A stretch of DNA of 64,000 nt from Octopus vulgaris (Eukaryota): NCBI GenBank assembly GCA_951406725.2, contig OX597815.1:186930001-186994000 (forward strand), read 5' to 3'. The translations under genes were made by a program, and so were the position numbers. The notes under the pieces are model-generated. The model searched no databases, had not been told where the DNA came from, and worked only from the letters and a program-made list of their open reading frames with translations. Below, piece after piece: positions 51,430 to 64,000 of this stretch (position 1 is its first letter; every line of letters begins with the position of its first letter).

Positions 51430-52320
51430 TTCAGTCATTTGACTGCGGCCATGCAGGAGCACCGCCTTTAGTTGAACAAATCGACCTCAAAACTTTTTCT
51501 TTGTAAGCCTAGTACTTATCCTATCGGTCTCTTTTGCCGAACCGTTAAGTTACGGTGACGTAAACACACCACCATCGGCTGTCAAGCGATGTTGGAGAGA
51601 CAAACACAGACACACACACACACATATATATATATTATAATTATTTGAGGGGATATTAATCCTAACTTACAGGGAAAAAAATTCAATTTAGAAAAACTAA
51701 ATCAAATTTCACACAATATAATATTTATATAAAAATTAGAAAAAAACCCCACCTTTTATCAATTCAAAATGAACAATTAAATTACACCATCTAGAAAATA
51801 ACATATTATATAGGCGCAGGAGTGGCTGTGTGGTAAGTAGCTTGCTTACCAGCCGCATGGTTCCGGGTTCAGTCCCACTGCGTGGCATCTTGGGCAAGTG
51901 TCTTCTACTATAGCCTCGGGTCAACCAAAGCCTTGTGAGCGGATCTGGTAGACGCTGGTGTGTTTACGTCACCGTTACTTAGCGGTTCGGCAAAAGAGAC
52001 CGATAGAATAAGTACTGGGCTTACAAAGAATAAGTCCCGGCGTCGATTTGCTCGACTAAAGGCGGTGCTCCAGCATGGCGGCAGTCAAATGACTGAAACA
52101 AGTAAAAGAGTAAAAGAGTAAAGAGTATATGTAATATATACGACAGTTATCTTTCAGTTTCCGTCAACCAAATCCATTCACAAAGATTTGGTCGGCCCGA
52201 GGCTATAGTAGAAGGCACTGGCGCAAGGTGCCGCGCAAGGTGCCACGCAGTGGGACTGAACCCGGAACAATGTGACTGGATAGCAAGCATTTTTTTTTTA
52301 CCACACAGCAACTTCTGCGC
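51430..52320. mobile_element. cluster of SINE-A pieces (minus tail, plus copy 51812-52127 lacking the microsatellite, minus head)
   Basis: Matches to SINE-A. Confidence 0.8.
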
Positions 52321-52331
52321 TATATAAATAG

Positions 52332-52593
52332 CTGGCACTCCGTCGCTTACGACGACGAGCGTTCCAGTTGATCCGTTCGATGGAACAGTCCGCTCGTGAA
52401 ATTAACATGCAAGTGGTTGAGCACTCCAGAGACACGTGTACCCTTAATGTAGGAGACGCAGCTTAATACAAAATGTGACAAGGCTGGACCTTTGAATTAG
52501 AGGTGGACTGGAGCAACGTGAAACAACACGTCGCCGGGAATCGAACTCATGATCTGAAGCCGAATGCCCTAACCACTAAGCCGCGCGCCTTCA
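52332..52593 (-). mobile_element. SINE-C with internal deletions
   Basis: Match to 7674-7980. Confidence 0.8.
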
Positions 52594-53059
52594 CATATAC
52601 ATAGAGTGCAGTAGAAATACACATACAAATCATTACCAACCGACCCCTAATATTCCAAAAAGATATAAAAACCTTCAGGAAATACTTTTCAGGGAATTGT
52701 AGTATCACGTGGTTGGAGGCATCTCTATAGACATCTTAGAGACAGAAAAAGTATCATCTCCACTCCAGACCTAGAAAGACTTACACACACCCAGCATCAC
52801 AAACGGAGACCGCTTTCGGCAGCAAATTCAAAAACAAGAGTATTTCACAAATAAAACTTAACCTAATCAACCCATTATTTTTCTTTGGGGGAGGGGGTTA
52901 CATCTATCGCCCCCTTTTGCCCATCCTATTATTGCCCCACTTTTCTTCAACGCCCCTCTTGGTCTTTCCACCGCCCACAGGGGAGCAGTGCTGCCAACTT
53001 TGGGAACCACTTTATTAGAGAAACAATCGAAATTATATTAGACAATTCACTTTAACTCT

Positions 53060-53265
53060 TTGACTAGTTTCAGCTCAAGAGCTACGGCCATGCTGGGGCA
53101 CTGCCCTTAGCTTTGATGTACCTTCAATACTTGAAACCTCCTCTTATAAATGGTATTCGGTAAGTGAAGGAGTTTGATGTTATTGCCCTCCTCTGCGCTT
53201 CCTCTCACGAAGTAGGCTCATCCGGAACTCTTGACAAGAGTACATTCAGTTTACATATTGTCTTT
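53060..53265 (-). mobile_element. CR1/L2-group LINE 3' end
   Basis: KLNVLLSRVPDEPTS followed by tail ggcagtgccccagcatggccgtagctcttgagctgaaactag. Confidence 0.7.
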
Positions 53266-53447
53266 TTACCGAATATTGATGGAGAGTGAGAAGGGAGAAG
53301 GAAAAGATGAGTGAAAATATTCAGGTAAGTGTTCCACCCGTGTTGGGTTTTATAAATAGTTAGCCGTTGTCTGACCGGACGTAGTGAGCCGGCTAAGTTT
53401 GGTTTTCGAAGACAGCGGAGTGAAGGGAGACATGGTGAATTGTCGTA

Positions 53448-53479
<32 letters not shown>

Positions 53480-53674
53480 GTGTGTGTGTGTGTGTGCGCA
53501 TGAATGCTTCAAAATGTAGTATGTGTGTATGTACTGCGTTTCTTGTGTTTAACGAGTGTTATTTTGGGGCTGTGGATTTTATGTGTTAACCCTGTCACAC
53601 CAGGGCCCCTGTGTCTATCTTTACCCTTCACCGGGGGTCCTGAGCAAAAAATAAATAGTCGCAGAAACAGATAC

Positions 53675-54268
53675 AGGCGCAGAGTGGCTGTGTGGTAAGT
53701 AGCTTGTTCACTCCCACTGCGTGGCACCTTGGGCAAGTGTCTTCTACTATAGCCTCAGGCCGACTAAAGCCTTGTGAGTGGATCTGGTAGACAGAAACTG
53801 AAAGAACCCCGTCGTATATATGTAGCTGGTAGAAACGTTAGCACGCCGGGCGAAATTCGTAGCCGTATTTCATCTGTCGTTATGTTCCGAGTTCAAATTC
53901 CGCCAAGGTCGACTTTGCCTTTCATCCTTTCGGGGTCGATAAATTAAGTACCAGTTACGCACTGGGGTCGATGTAATCGACTTAATCCGTTTGTCTGTCC
54001 TTGTTTGTCCCCTCTGTGTTTAGCCCCTTGTGGGTAGTAAAGAAATATGTGTGTATATGTTTGTGTGTCTGTTAGTCCCCCCAACATCGCTTGACAACCG
54101 ATGCTGGTGTGTTTACATCCCCCGTATCTTTGCGGTTCGGCAAAAGAGACCGATAGAATAAGTACTAGGCTTACAAAGAATAAGTCTTGGGGTCGATTTT
54201 CTTGACTAAAGGCGGTGCTCCAGCATGGCCGCAGTCAAATGACTGAAACCAGTAAAAGAGTAAAACAG
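53675..54268 (+). mobile_element. SINE-A with SINE-B (53824-54047) nested in its microsatellite
   Basis: A head, then B body, then A tail. Confidence 0.85.
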
Positions 54269-55608
54269 TATACATTTTTCAAGAGTAACGATTGCAGGCA
54301 AATCAATCGACAGAATCGGCTGCATCTTTTTCTGTGTGTTGTTCATTATTGCTTAACCGGGAATCCGGCAGAGATGACGTTTAACCTATTCCCGCTATAG
54401 GGAGAATAAAGCGTGGAAAAGTTAAGGAGCATATACATACAATAAGCATCATTTATAAGCAATTTTCTTTCAGATGCGCCTAGTTGATATTTGACATGAT
54501 CTCGCTTGATCATTCCGACAAAAACCATTTTATTTGTATTTGTAACTGTTAGCTTCACTTATCCTCTTAAATATTTCGGAAACATTCATGTCAACGTTTG
54601 TCTCTGTAATTACAACTTGGTGATAAAATTCCAGGTAGCATCCTTTAATCAGTCTGAAAGAGACATATGTGTCATCAGCAGCCAAAGCTTAAATGTGTAC
54701 CGGAAGAAGATGTCAGAGTCGTAACTGCTTTTCTAGATAAGCAGCTTTTAACCATCCTAGTTTCCCCCTCATCTAATAAACTGTTACCACTCGCGTGTCT
54801 ACATTAATGCATACATCATACATTCTTTATCTTCCGGTGTACACATCAGCAGCCATAGCTTATGTATGTACCGGAAGACAATGTCAGGGACAAAACTGCT
54901 TTTATAGATATGTACTAATCCTCCACGCAGTTTCCTCTTTATATAAATTATTACTAACTGTGTAATAGGTAACTTATTGTCATATATCGAATAAATTAAG
55001 GTAGTAAACCCATTTGTTTATTTCTAATCCCATCAATTACAAATGTTAGACATTTCAAACTCCATGGTTACATTGTTTATTAAGTATGAAGTTATATAAT
55101 ACATTTAAGTATTTCTTTTGTAAGATTTTTTATATGAAATCGCGTTTTGAAACTGATGTTGTTTTATTTAGGGACGGTCATTTCGCCAATAAATTCACGC
55201 GTCCTATTTATTTGATCTTCACTTTAACTTTATTATTTTTTCCCTTCTTTCTTCAAATTTTCTTCTGTTTCTCGCTGAGTATTTTCCGTACACCTAGGGC
55301 AGAGAAGCTCATTGTATTCATTCCCAGATTACACACGCAAATTCACAGGTAAAATATATTTAAAAATTAATAAATAAATAAATAAATTCATGAATGGATG
55401 TTGTTTTCACAGCGATAATGCTCTTCTCAGTACATGAGCCGTTGCAGTTAATACGATTTTTTGCACTTCCTGTAGGGATGGTAAGCCTGGTATTATTTTC
55501 AAATAGGTTTCAGTACCTTTTTTTTATCATTCCTAGAGATCCTACAATCACTGGTACTGTAGTCGCCTTGAGATGCCACATTTTTTCAATTTCTATTAGC
55601 AAGTCTTT

Positions 55609-55609
55609 A

Positions 55610-55662
<53 letters not shown>
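55609..55662. repeat. (ATT)n microsatellite
   Basis: Direct reading. Confidence 0.95.
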
Positions 55663-56820
55663 GTTTATTTGTCGGAGTTCTTTTGTTACACATTCTGTGA
55701 CCTCTTCAGTGACTATTTGTTTCTCTTGTATCCTCGCCTCTCTGACCTTGTCCTGTCCTGTCCATTCCATCTTGTTTCTGTGGAACGTGTCCCTATCTGC
55801 ACATGCGCTCGCGTCTATATCTGTGTGTATGTCTATGTGCTTGGTATGTGTATGTGTGTCTTGTGTGCTTGTATATTTCATTGTTTGAATAATACAACTA
55901 ATCAAAAAATGGTAGTTACATCTTATTAAAAATTTAATTCAAACATTTAAACGCCAAACTGGTTTATAAATTCTACGAAGCGGTACACATTCAGAATTCT
56001 CCAGAGAGATTTAAGGTTATTGGATGAAGACGCTAGTGATTCAATGAAAGTAAAGTGGTTTTGATTTATTTGGCAATTTTCTTGAAGCAGAATTAGTTTA
56101 TTTATCGATCCAGTTTGAACTGGATATATTCCTTAAGCGGTTCGATGGAGTCATACGTCTTGTAGAATTCCATTGGCTATTTAAGAATTGATTCAACTCA
56201 GAAGATACGAATGGGCACTCCAATGATCTATCCGAATAAATAAACAACAGCATTCAAAGAAAAAACAGGGAGACACATTCTAATAAGGGGTCTCATATCA
56301 TGGTGTGGATAGGCGTTTTGAAAACAAAAAATAATTATCGATGCATTCGAAATACTAGCACAAGGAAGAAGTCCTATAAAGTCTACTATTGAATGTTCAA
56401 ATGAACGGGTGGCTTTTACACGAGAAGTACCTTTTAGTTGATAAATGCTTGGTTTAATTTTGTTAGATACATCACAATTTGAACAGATATACTACACTTC
56501 GTTAGAAGATGGCGGGTTGTTTACTTTTATATAAATGAATGTTCTTGAACATTCTTCATACACTAGGATGTACTATTTTGAATTCTTTTTTCTTACTGTT
56601 TTTTTTTTTACATATTTCAGTCATTGCGGCCATGCTGGAGCACCGCCTTAAAGAATTTTTTAGTAGAACGAATCGACCATAGTATTTAATATTTTCTTGT
56701 AAACCCTGGTATCCTTATTGTATCGGACGTTTTTTTTTGCCGAACCGCTAAGTTACAGGGACGTAAACACACAAACACCGATGGTCAAGCAGTGGTGGAG
56801 CGGACACATACACACATACA

Positions 56821-57118
56821 TTTTTTTCGCCCTTTTCAAGCCTAGCCAGGCTCATGGGCCCGGTGTCCCGGTTTCTGTGGCGTATGTGTCCCCCCGCCAG
56901 CTGGACGGGACGCCAGTCCATCGCAGCGTCACTCAAAAAAACAGGAAGAGAGAGTGAGAGAAGGTTGTGGGGAAAGACTACAACAGGGGTCTCCACCAAC
57001 CCCTGCTGGAGCCTCGTGGAGCTTTTAGGTGTTTTCGTTCAATAAACACACACAACGCTCGGTCTGGGAATCGAAACCGCGAGTTCGCTGCCCTAACCAC
57101 TGGGCCATTGCGCCTCCA
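56821..57118 (-). mobile_element. SINE-D (tail type 3) nested in SINE-A (56615-57270)
   Basis: SINE-D head plus gctgcgatggactggcgtcccgtccag (V-domain-like), ending in an A-run. Confidence 0.8.
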
Positions 57119-58595
57119 CGCATACATACATACATACAAGTTTCCGTCTACCAAATCCACACACACAAGGCTTTGGCCGGCTCGCTACTTACTCAAAGTG
57201 CTACGCAGTGGGGACTGAACCCGGAACTTTGTAGTCGAGAAGCAAACATCTTAGCACACAGCCATGCCTAAGGCCTTTATAGATTCCAAAGTAGAACCAC
57301 AAATACAAGAACGATGGCTATCTGTAAAATTCCCCAAGCCAGATCAATAGTTCATAGTAAATGGCAGGAAAAATGTTCGATTCTCCAACGTTGGAATTTT
57401 ATCATCTTTTCTTTTATTGATTTTATGGTAACATGAATGAAACGGGTCTTTGATCTGCCACGAAATTAAAATGTTTCATGAGGAAATGTTTCCATTTTCT
57501 CACAGCTTCAATGACTACATAAGCTTCTTTATTTTTTTCTTCTTTTTTTTTGTCCTTCGGCAATGTGGAATTTTGTTTTGTTTTGTTTGTCAGAATTGTT
57601 TAAGGAACTTGATAAAAAAATGTCACAAATCTACCACATTGAGTTAATGTTGCAACAACAGCTACATCAATAACAGCAAGATGCAAATCTTTACAGACAG
57701 TCGCCACAACCACCCGTTTAGCCGTTCAAGAATTTGGACCAGGAGATCTCGATTTCCAGCGACTTCGAGGGCCACCTCCCAGTGGTGTCGGGCGTCAACG
57801 AAGAGCCCTCGACAACAACAAAACGACCAAAGTTTTTTTTTTCCCAAGGTCAGGGGTCTCCCACCCCTAAGCCCTAGACCATCACTTAATCACCCTTACC
57901 CGTCTTGTTGCTTAACAACAACAACAGCCACCCGTTTAATATCATTTTCGCACAAAGGTGGCGAACGGGCAAAATCTGTAGCACACTGCACAAAAATACC
58001 CATTTTGATGCATTTCGTCCGTCTTTACATTCTGGGTTCAAATACCGCCGGGGGTCGACTTTGCCTGTCATCCTTTCGGAGTGCCAATTGACCACCGGGG
58101 TCGATTTAAGAGACTTAGCCCCTTCCCCGAAATTGCTGACCTTATACCGAAATATGGAACCAGTATCATTTTTCCTAGAATTGATGCAGTCTATATCGTC
58201 CTCGAAGAGATGAAAGTTTTCATTAGTTAATGGCCTAATGTTCGAAGAGAAGGAAAGGGTCGATTTAATGTAGTGTAGGGAGAATCCAAGTATACATGGT
58301 AATTACTTGCTATTTTTGAGGTAAAGATATCTCTTCAAGAAGTAGAAGGCGTTCTGGATCAGAACATAATTCTCTGCTTGGAATTAAAAAATTTAATCTC
58401 ATATATTATTAGCTTTTTTTTTTTAATTATCCCCTTCATTAGACTCCTGATTACTGACTATAGATAAGAGCTTCATCCAAGTGTAAATTTTCTATATTTG
58501 ATTCCATCTGAACTATGACAAATACGAGACATCTTACATGTTTCTCGTGCGTGTACAATTTTGTAACTCCTATTAGCAAATGAAACGCATGTAAT

Positions 58596-58783
58596 TACTC
58601 TTTTACTTGTTTCAGTCATGTGACTGCGGACATGCTGGAGCACCGCCTTTAGTCGAGCAAATCGACTCCGGGACTTATTCTTTGTAAGCCCAGTACTTAT
58701 TCTATCGGTCTCTTTTGCCGAACCGCTAAGTGACGGGGACGTAAACACACCAGCATCGGTTGTCAAGCAATGCTAGGGGGACA

Positions 58784-58819
<36 letters not shown>

Positions 58820-58824
58820 CACAA

Positions 58825-58870
<46 letters not shown>

Positions 58871-59000
58871 GACAGGCTTCTTTCAGTTTCCGTCTACCAA
58901 ATCCACTCACAAGGCATTGGTCGGCCCGGGGCTATAGCAGAAGAACCCGGAACCATGTGGTTGGTTAGCAAGCTACTTACCACACAGCCACTCCTGCGCC
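58596..59000 (-). mobile_element. SINE-A
   Basis: Near full-length match. Confidence 0.9.
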
Positions 59001-59064
59001 TATGGTGAATAAATACCAAAATAATGGTGAATAAATACCAAAATATTTTCCCAATCTCCTGTTG

Positions 59065-59102
<38 letters not shown>

Positions 59103-59669
59103 TTCAGTTTATGTCAAGATTTCTTGCCAAGAAAGAACCGGTTTCTAACCTAGATCCAAGGTCCCTTCATTGGAATTTCAACATCAACAAAAGGGTATTT
59201 TTGTTTATATGTATGTATATATGCATGTGCAGATTTGTATGCTTTATGTATGTATTCTCATGCATATAGTTACATATCTAGACATGTATGTATGTATGTT
59301 GAGTTGGTTAGCTAACTTTCAAACATAAGATTTTTAGATAAGACTGCCAAATAGGAACATTTCAACTATCCTGTCATTAATTTTCGCTGTTATTATAGAA
59401 GGTACAGAGGACCCAAAAACAAGGAACACAGTCATCAGAGAAACAAATCCAGATCGATAATTAAAAATGCCTCAGACCATGGAGCAGAGGGATGTGGTCA
59501 TTAGACCGGCTGACAATAACAGTCGAATGCCCTACCTTTTTTATTCCTTCGACAAACAAGTTTTAACTGGACGTGAGGTACGAAAAGGGATCCTCGATTT
59601 TCCTACAGAAAAAGCATATTCTCTTAGTTTTAGGTCATACTATGGCAGATTTTTTTCTTTTAATTCTTT

Positions 59670-60060
59670 TCTACTAGTTTCAGCTTGAAAGCCGCTGCCA
59701 TACTGGAGCACTGCAGTTAGCTTTGCTACACTTTCACTACTTGAAACTTATGAGGGAGTTTGATGATGCTGCCCTCATATACGTTTCCTGCCTCAAGGCA
59801 GATTCATCGGGAACTTTTGACTGGAGGAGATTCAGTTTTGTTTTAAAGACCCCTACATCCACTCCATGTAGGTCTCTCAAGCTTTTGGGGAGGATATTGA
59901 AGATCTGTGGGCCCTTAAACCTCAATCTGTTGCAGTATCTGGTCCTGTGTCCTAATGGCAATGTTTGGATCGTCTGTTGTTTGTGTAAATTTCAATGCCA
60001 AAGTTTAGTATAAGTATTTTCAAGATCTTCCAGATGTATATAACTGCATATCTTCTCCAC
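59670..60060 (-). mobile_element. CR1/L2-group LINE 3' end
   Basis: RTRYCNRLRFKGPQIFNILPKSLRDLHGVDVGVFKTKLNLLQSKVPDE, homologous to ORF 2269-2532. Confidence 0.8.
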
Positions 60061-61877
60061 CAGATTGTTTAAATTTATTACTTAAATATTTCCTCGTCAA
60101 CATCTGAAGGGTCCACAAAAGCAGTCGACAAGTCACCTGGTTCTACATTAAAGATAACTGCTTCAAAAACTTGGATTCGATGGTACTATCTGCTGTTGGG
60201 GTTTTACTTAATCGTCTAATACTTATAACATTTACGTATAGAAACATCTCATATAAATAATGGTTTATTTTCTTTAACCGTAAGTTTAAAAAATCGCAAT
60301 CATCAGTTAATACAATTAAATTCTAAAGAAATTTATCTATTCAATCGCGAAGACAGCAAGCGTCTGTCATATATTTCCTTCAATGGTTTCCCATTAGCAT
60401 CTCCTCGCCATTTAAAACTATTATCAACAGCTATACATTGCATAATGTATGTTACATAACGTAGTTCTGATCAAGTTGAATCCTCGCCGTCGCAACAGTG
60501 TTCCACATATTACTATTACGTAGTAAATATTATACAGAAACAAATATCCTAGTTTGCTGGGTGACAGGTTGGGATTGATGGTTGTCAAGAAATATTAGAT
60601 ATTTTTCTTTGGGGGAGGGTTACATCCATCGCCCCCTTTTGGCCATCCTATTATTGCCCCACTTTTCTTCAACGCCCCTCTTGATCTTTTCACCGCTCAC
60701 GGGGGGGGGGGGGGCAGTATCGCCCACTTTAGGAACCACTGTATTAGAGAAACAAGCGAAATTATATTAGACAATTGACTGGAGGAGATCCAGTTTTGTT
60801 TTAGGGACCGTCAAGCTTTTGGGTAAGATATTGAAGATCTGTGGGCTCTTAAACCTCAATCTGTTGCAGTATCTGATCCTGTGTAGATAATACCGTGATG
60901 ACGTATGTATGTAACTCAGCCTTAGTCATGTTTCAATTAATTTTACTTTTGTCTTATTCTCTAATTCTTTTGCTATTCTAAACTTTTATCCACTCGTATA
61001 TTTTCTGTTCCAACCGTTTTCCTATTCCATCATCACCATCAACATCATAACCGACACAAATACAAGTTATCAAAAGGTATATAAGACGCAGCAGTGTTTT
61101 GTTCAGTTTGTTGCTCATAGCATTTCAAAAGAAGCAAATCACCTTTCGTAGGACCTGTTCCTTTAATAATTCATATTCACGCTTAATAGTAACACTTAAG
61201 TGACCTTACGATGTTCTCCTGAGCACGTAACAACACGACAGCTATTTTTTTTTTTTTTATTTCGAGAAATTAACGCAGACAATGTGTGCATGCATACATA
61301 TTTACATACTTATACATACGCGCACATAAACACAACATATATATATTTATACACATACACACAGTGTGTTTGTGTGTATGCGTGTGTCGAAGCAATATTT
61401 GTTTAGCAAATGAATTGGTCTAAGGCCATGTATTCAAACGGAAACAATTCCATAGGGGAGACGAGTCGTTTTTAACCAATTTCACATTTCGTTGTTTTAT
61501 TAATAGTATCTGTCTGTTGTGAAGTGCCAAATCATTTCATAGGTTTTCTTTGACCTAGTTGCTAACAGAGTTGAAAGTTAATAGACATGTTTCGGAAATC
61601 AAATCACAAAAAAATGATAAGTATTACTGCTAAATCAACGAAAAGTGAATACAACAGCTTTTGAGCATTGTAAAATAACTAAAATTACATATATATATAT
61701 ATTTCTGTGAGAGTTAGAGGTTGGAAAACCAACCAACTAAGGGATAGTGCCTATCCAATATACCCAATTATTTATACCCAAATGCTGGTTATTGCGTGGC
61801 AATCTCGCAATTGAGTGTCATATATCGGCGGAGGTAAAAAATGATTTGCCCTTAATTTATGCGGCATTTTATTTGCC

Positions 61878-61928
<51 letters not shown>

Positions 61929-62644
61929 GCATATATTGTTACAGGTCGTCACTAACGGTTCAAATAACGTGAAATACGTAAACAACGAGAAAATAGTGGA
62001 AAACAGGACAAGTAAACACAGAGAAACGACCCATCGTCAGTTGTCGACTGTCTATCTACTCCTCATTTCGAGCATTCACCGACAATATGAGTCTTCAAAG
62101 ACAGTTGCTACCGTAAATTCTAAAATAAATTTAGGATTTATGAAAGGTCAAAGTTGGGAACAAACTAATGATAGTGGAGACATACAAAAAAACCGAACGG
62201 AAAAAAACATGGTGGGTCGTTAGATCAGAAAGAGAGGGAAATAATGAACCCTGGAAGAAACATTCTTTTTGTGTTTTTTTTTTTTTTGAAGAGAGAAAAT
62301 ATAGAAGAGAGAGAGAGAAACACGTCCGTTCTTTTAAAAGTCCGTGCAGGAAAATAAAAATGGTCACGTGAGGAAAAAAAGATGGACGATGGTCACGTGT
62401 AAGCAACGAGAGAGAAAGAGAAAGTAGGAAGAGAGAGACAGATAGAAAACGGTGAATGGGAGGGGAGAAAAGGGGAATTAAAGAAGGTAGGAGGAAGAAA
62501 ACAGTGTAGAACAGAGAGTCACATGTGCAATATGTTTGTGTATGCACAAACATATAAATAGTTAAAATTTACAGAAAAACAAAAGACAGGTGTATAAACA
62601 ACAAGCAGGTGTATTAGTTTGGCGCTCGGGAAGGTGAGAAAGTC

Positions 62645-62680
62645 TTTTTACGTTTCGAGCCTATGCTCTTCAACAGAAAG
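62645..62680 (-). ncRNA. minimal hammerhead, U6 core variant, in mini-element ~62555-62737
   Basis: Minus strand: cttt-CTGTTGA-a-gagc(atag)gctc-GAAA-cg-TA-aaaa. Confidence 0.6.
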
Positions 62681-62738
62681 AAAACGAGGAAATAAACAGA
62701 GAGAGAATAAAAAAAACTTGCGCAGTTAGCGGTCAATG

Positions 62739-62790
<52 letters not shown>

Positions 62791-63666
62791 TTTATTACAT
62801 ATACATACATACATACATACATACACACACACACAACTTTCGAGAATACAGGCCTATAAAGGAAATAAAGGCAAATGCCATACAGAAGGTTTCTGGTTTG
62901 TGCAGAAGAAATGGCGTGTGTACCGTTTATCATAACCGTCGAATGAGAAAGACATAAAAAGCGAGAAATAGAAACAGAGATTAGTGTTGGGATTTGACGG
63001 TGCCAGCACGATTAGAACGGAAAATATCATTGCTGTGTGGGTGGAATAAAGAAAGTAAAGACTGTGTGCAATGATCCAACAAACGGAGATTACTGTAAGA
63101 CGATCGGAGTATTTTCCTATTTATAACACAATCTAGAATATTGCTCCCTGAGCAGCGTCATAAAATATCCTACGTTACGTGCTTTGACCGGTTTAATATT
63201 TCTCCAGTAAGTAGTGTTAAGTGTAAAATATCATTTTTCTAATACACGTTTTCATATTTTGCCAAGAAACTCTATTTGCAGCCAGTCAAATTAGGAAACT
63301 AATACATAAGAAGACTGTAGCGTGGTTAGCTCTAAAACTTGCAATCATCCAAGTGGTTTTCTTGGAAAGTGACAGACTTAGACCTTCAAATCAAGGATTT
63401 TTAAAATTTTAAAAGACTATTCTTATAATGATATTTGATATTCGAATATTTCTTTAGCGTAAGTATGTGTGTGTGTGTGCGGTTTCTTATAACTAGAATT
63501 TTTTTCCATAACTCAGAAGAATATTGTATTGGTCATGTGATTTTCGTCATGAAATCGCTTTAAAACTTCATAAAAGCAAATGTAATCACTTTTTGAATCG
63601 TAGATTCTGACAAGTCGAACAGATTAATTTTCAACTTAAAAGTGATTTACCACATACGCGCACGCT

Positions 63667-63670
<4 letters not shown>

Positions 63671-63716
<46 letters not shown>

Positions 63717-63783
63717 GTGTGTTGTGTGTGTGTGGTGTGTGTGTGTGTGTGTTGTGTGTTGTGTGTGTGTGTGTGTGTGTGTG
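63671..63783. repeat. interrupted (TG)n microsatellite
   Basis: Direct reading. Confidence 0.95.
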
Positions 63784-64000
63784 GAACGATGAGAATGAGT
63801 GCTCAACATCGCATTGGTAGACAGAGTTTCTTTATTTGTGTATTAAGGCTACCATTAATTTCATGTTATGAAAAAATATCTAAATATCTTAATTTTTCAA
63901 GCCGATCAAATGGAGGAATGGTGTTCGTCTCCATTTTGAATAAAAACACAAAGACACGAGAATTCGCCGAGATTCTCGTAAAGAAAGCAATAAATTTCTT

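Noticed and set aside
55950-56500. Possible ancient PLE RT remnants (also 13440-13620, 28100-29400, 39330-40020, 52620-52860, 59330-59540, 60060-60480)
   Set aside because: Only faint motif echoes by eye (e.g. DVVIRPAD, KNLQEIL); needs tblastn/HMM support
57662-57900. GC-richer patch with short ORFs, possibly an exon or LINE piece
   Set aside because: No recognisable motif or reliable splice signals

Overview
AT-rich, repeat-saturated eukaryotic non-coding DNA. The SINE families, dense (TA)n/(CA)n/(TAGA)n/(TACA)n microsatellites and Penelope-like remnants suggest an octopus genome (inference; no search run). I can support no intact host gene: nearly all track ORFs are microsatellite or SINE translations. 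The window holds four tRNA-like SINE families (local labels A-D), decayed LINEs (R4/Dong, RTE, CR1/L2-group), Penelope-like element (PLE) remnants, Tc1/mariner, hAT and Helitron-like non-autonomous elements, and a SINE-split 28S rRNA fragment. The most notable observations are: (1) a family of ~150-180 bp non-coding elements beside (TA)n tracts carrying minimal type I hammerhead ribozymes (HHRs), five of six with a fixed variant core CUG-U-N-GA; (2) further HHRs, one with an internal antisense copy of its own core, and HHR-containing fold-backs; (3) a SINE that repeatedly inserts at GGTAY, including into itself; (4) SINE/LINE tail sharing and tail swapping; (5) an RTE insertion with twin-priming-like geometry. 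All coordinates and alignments were read by eye, so boundaries are approximate.
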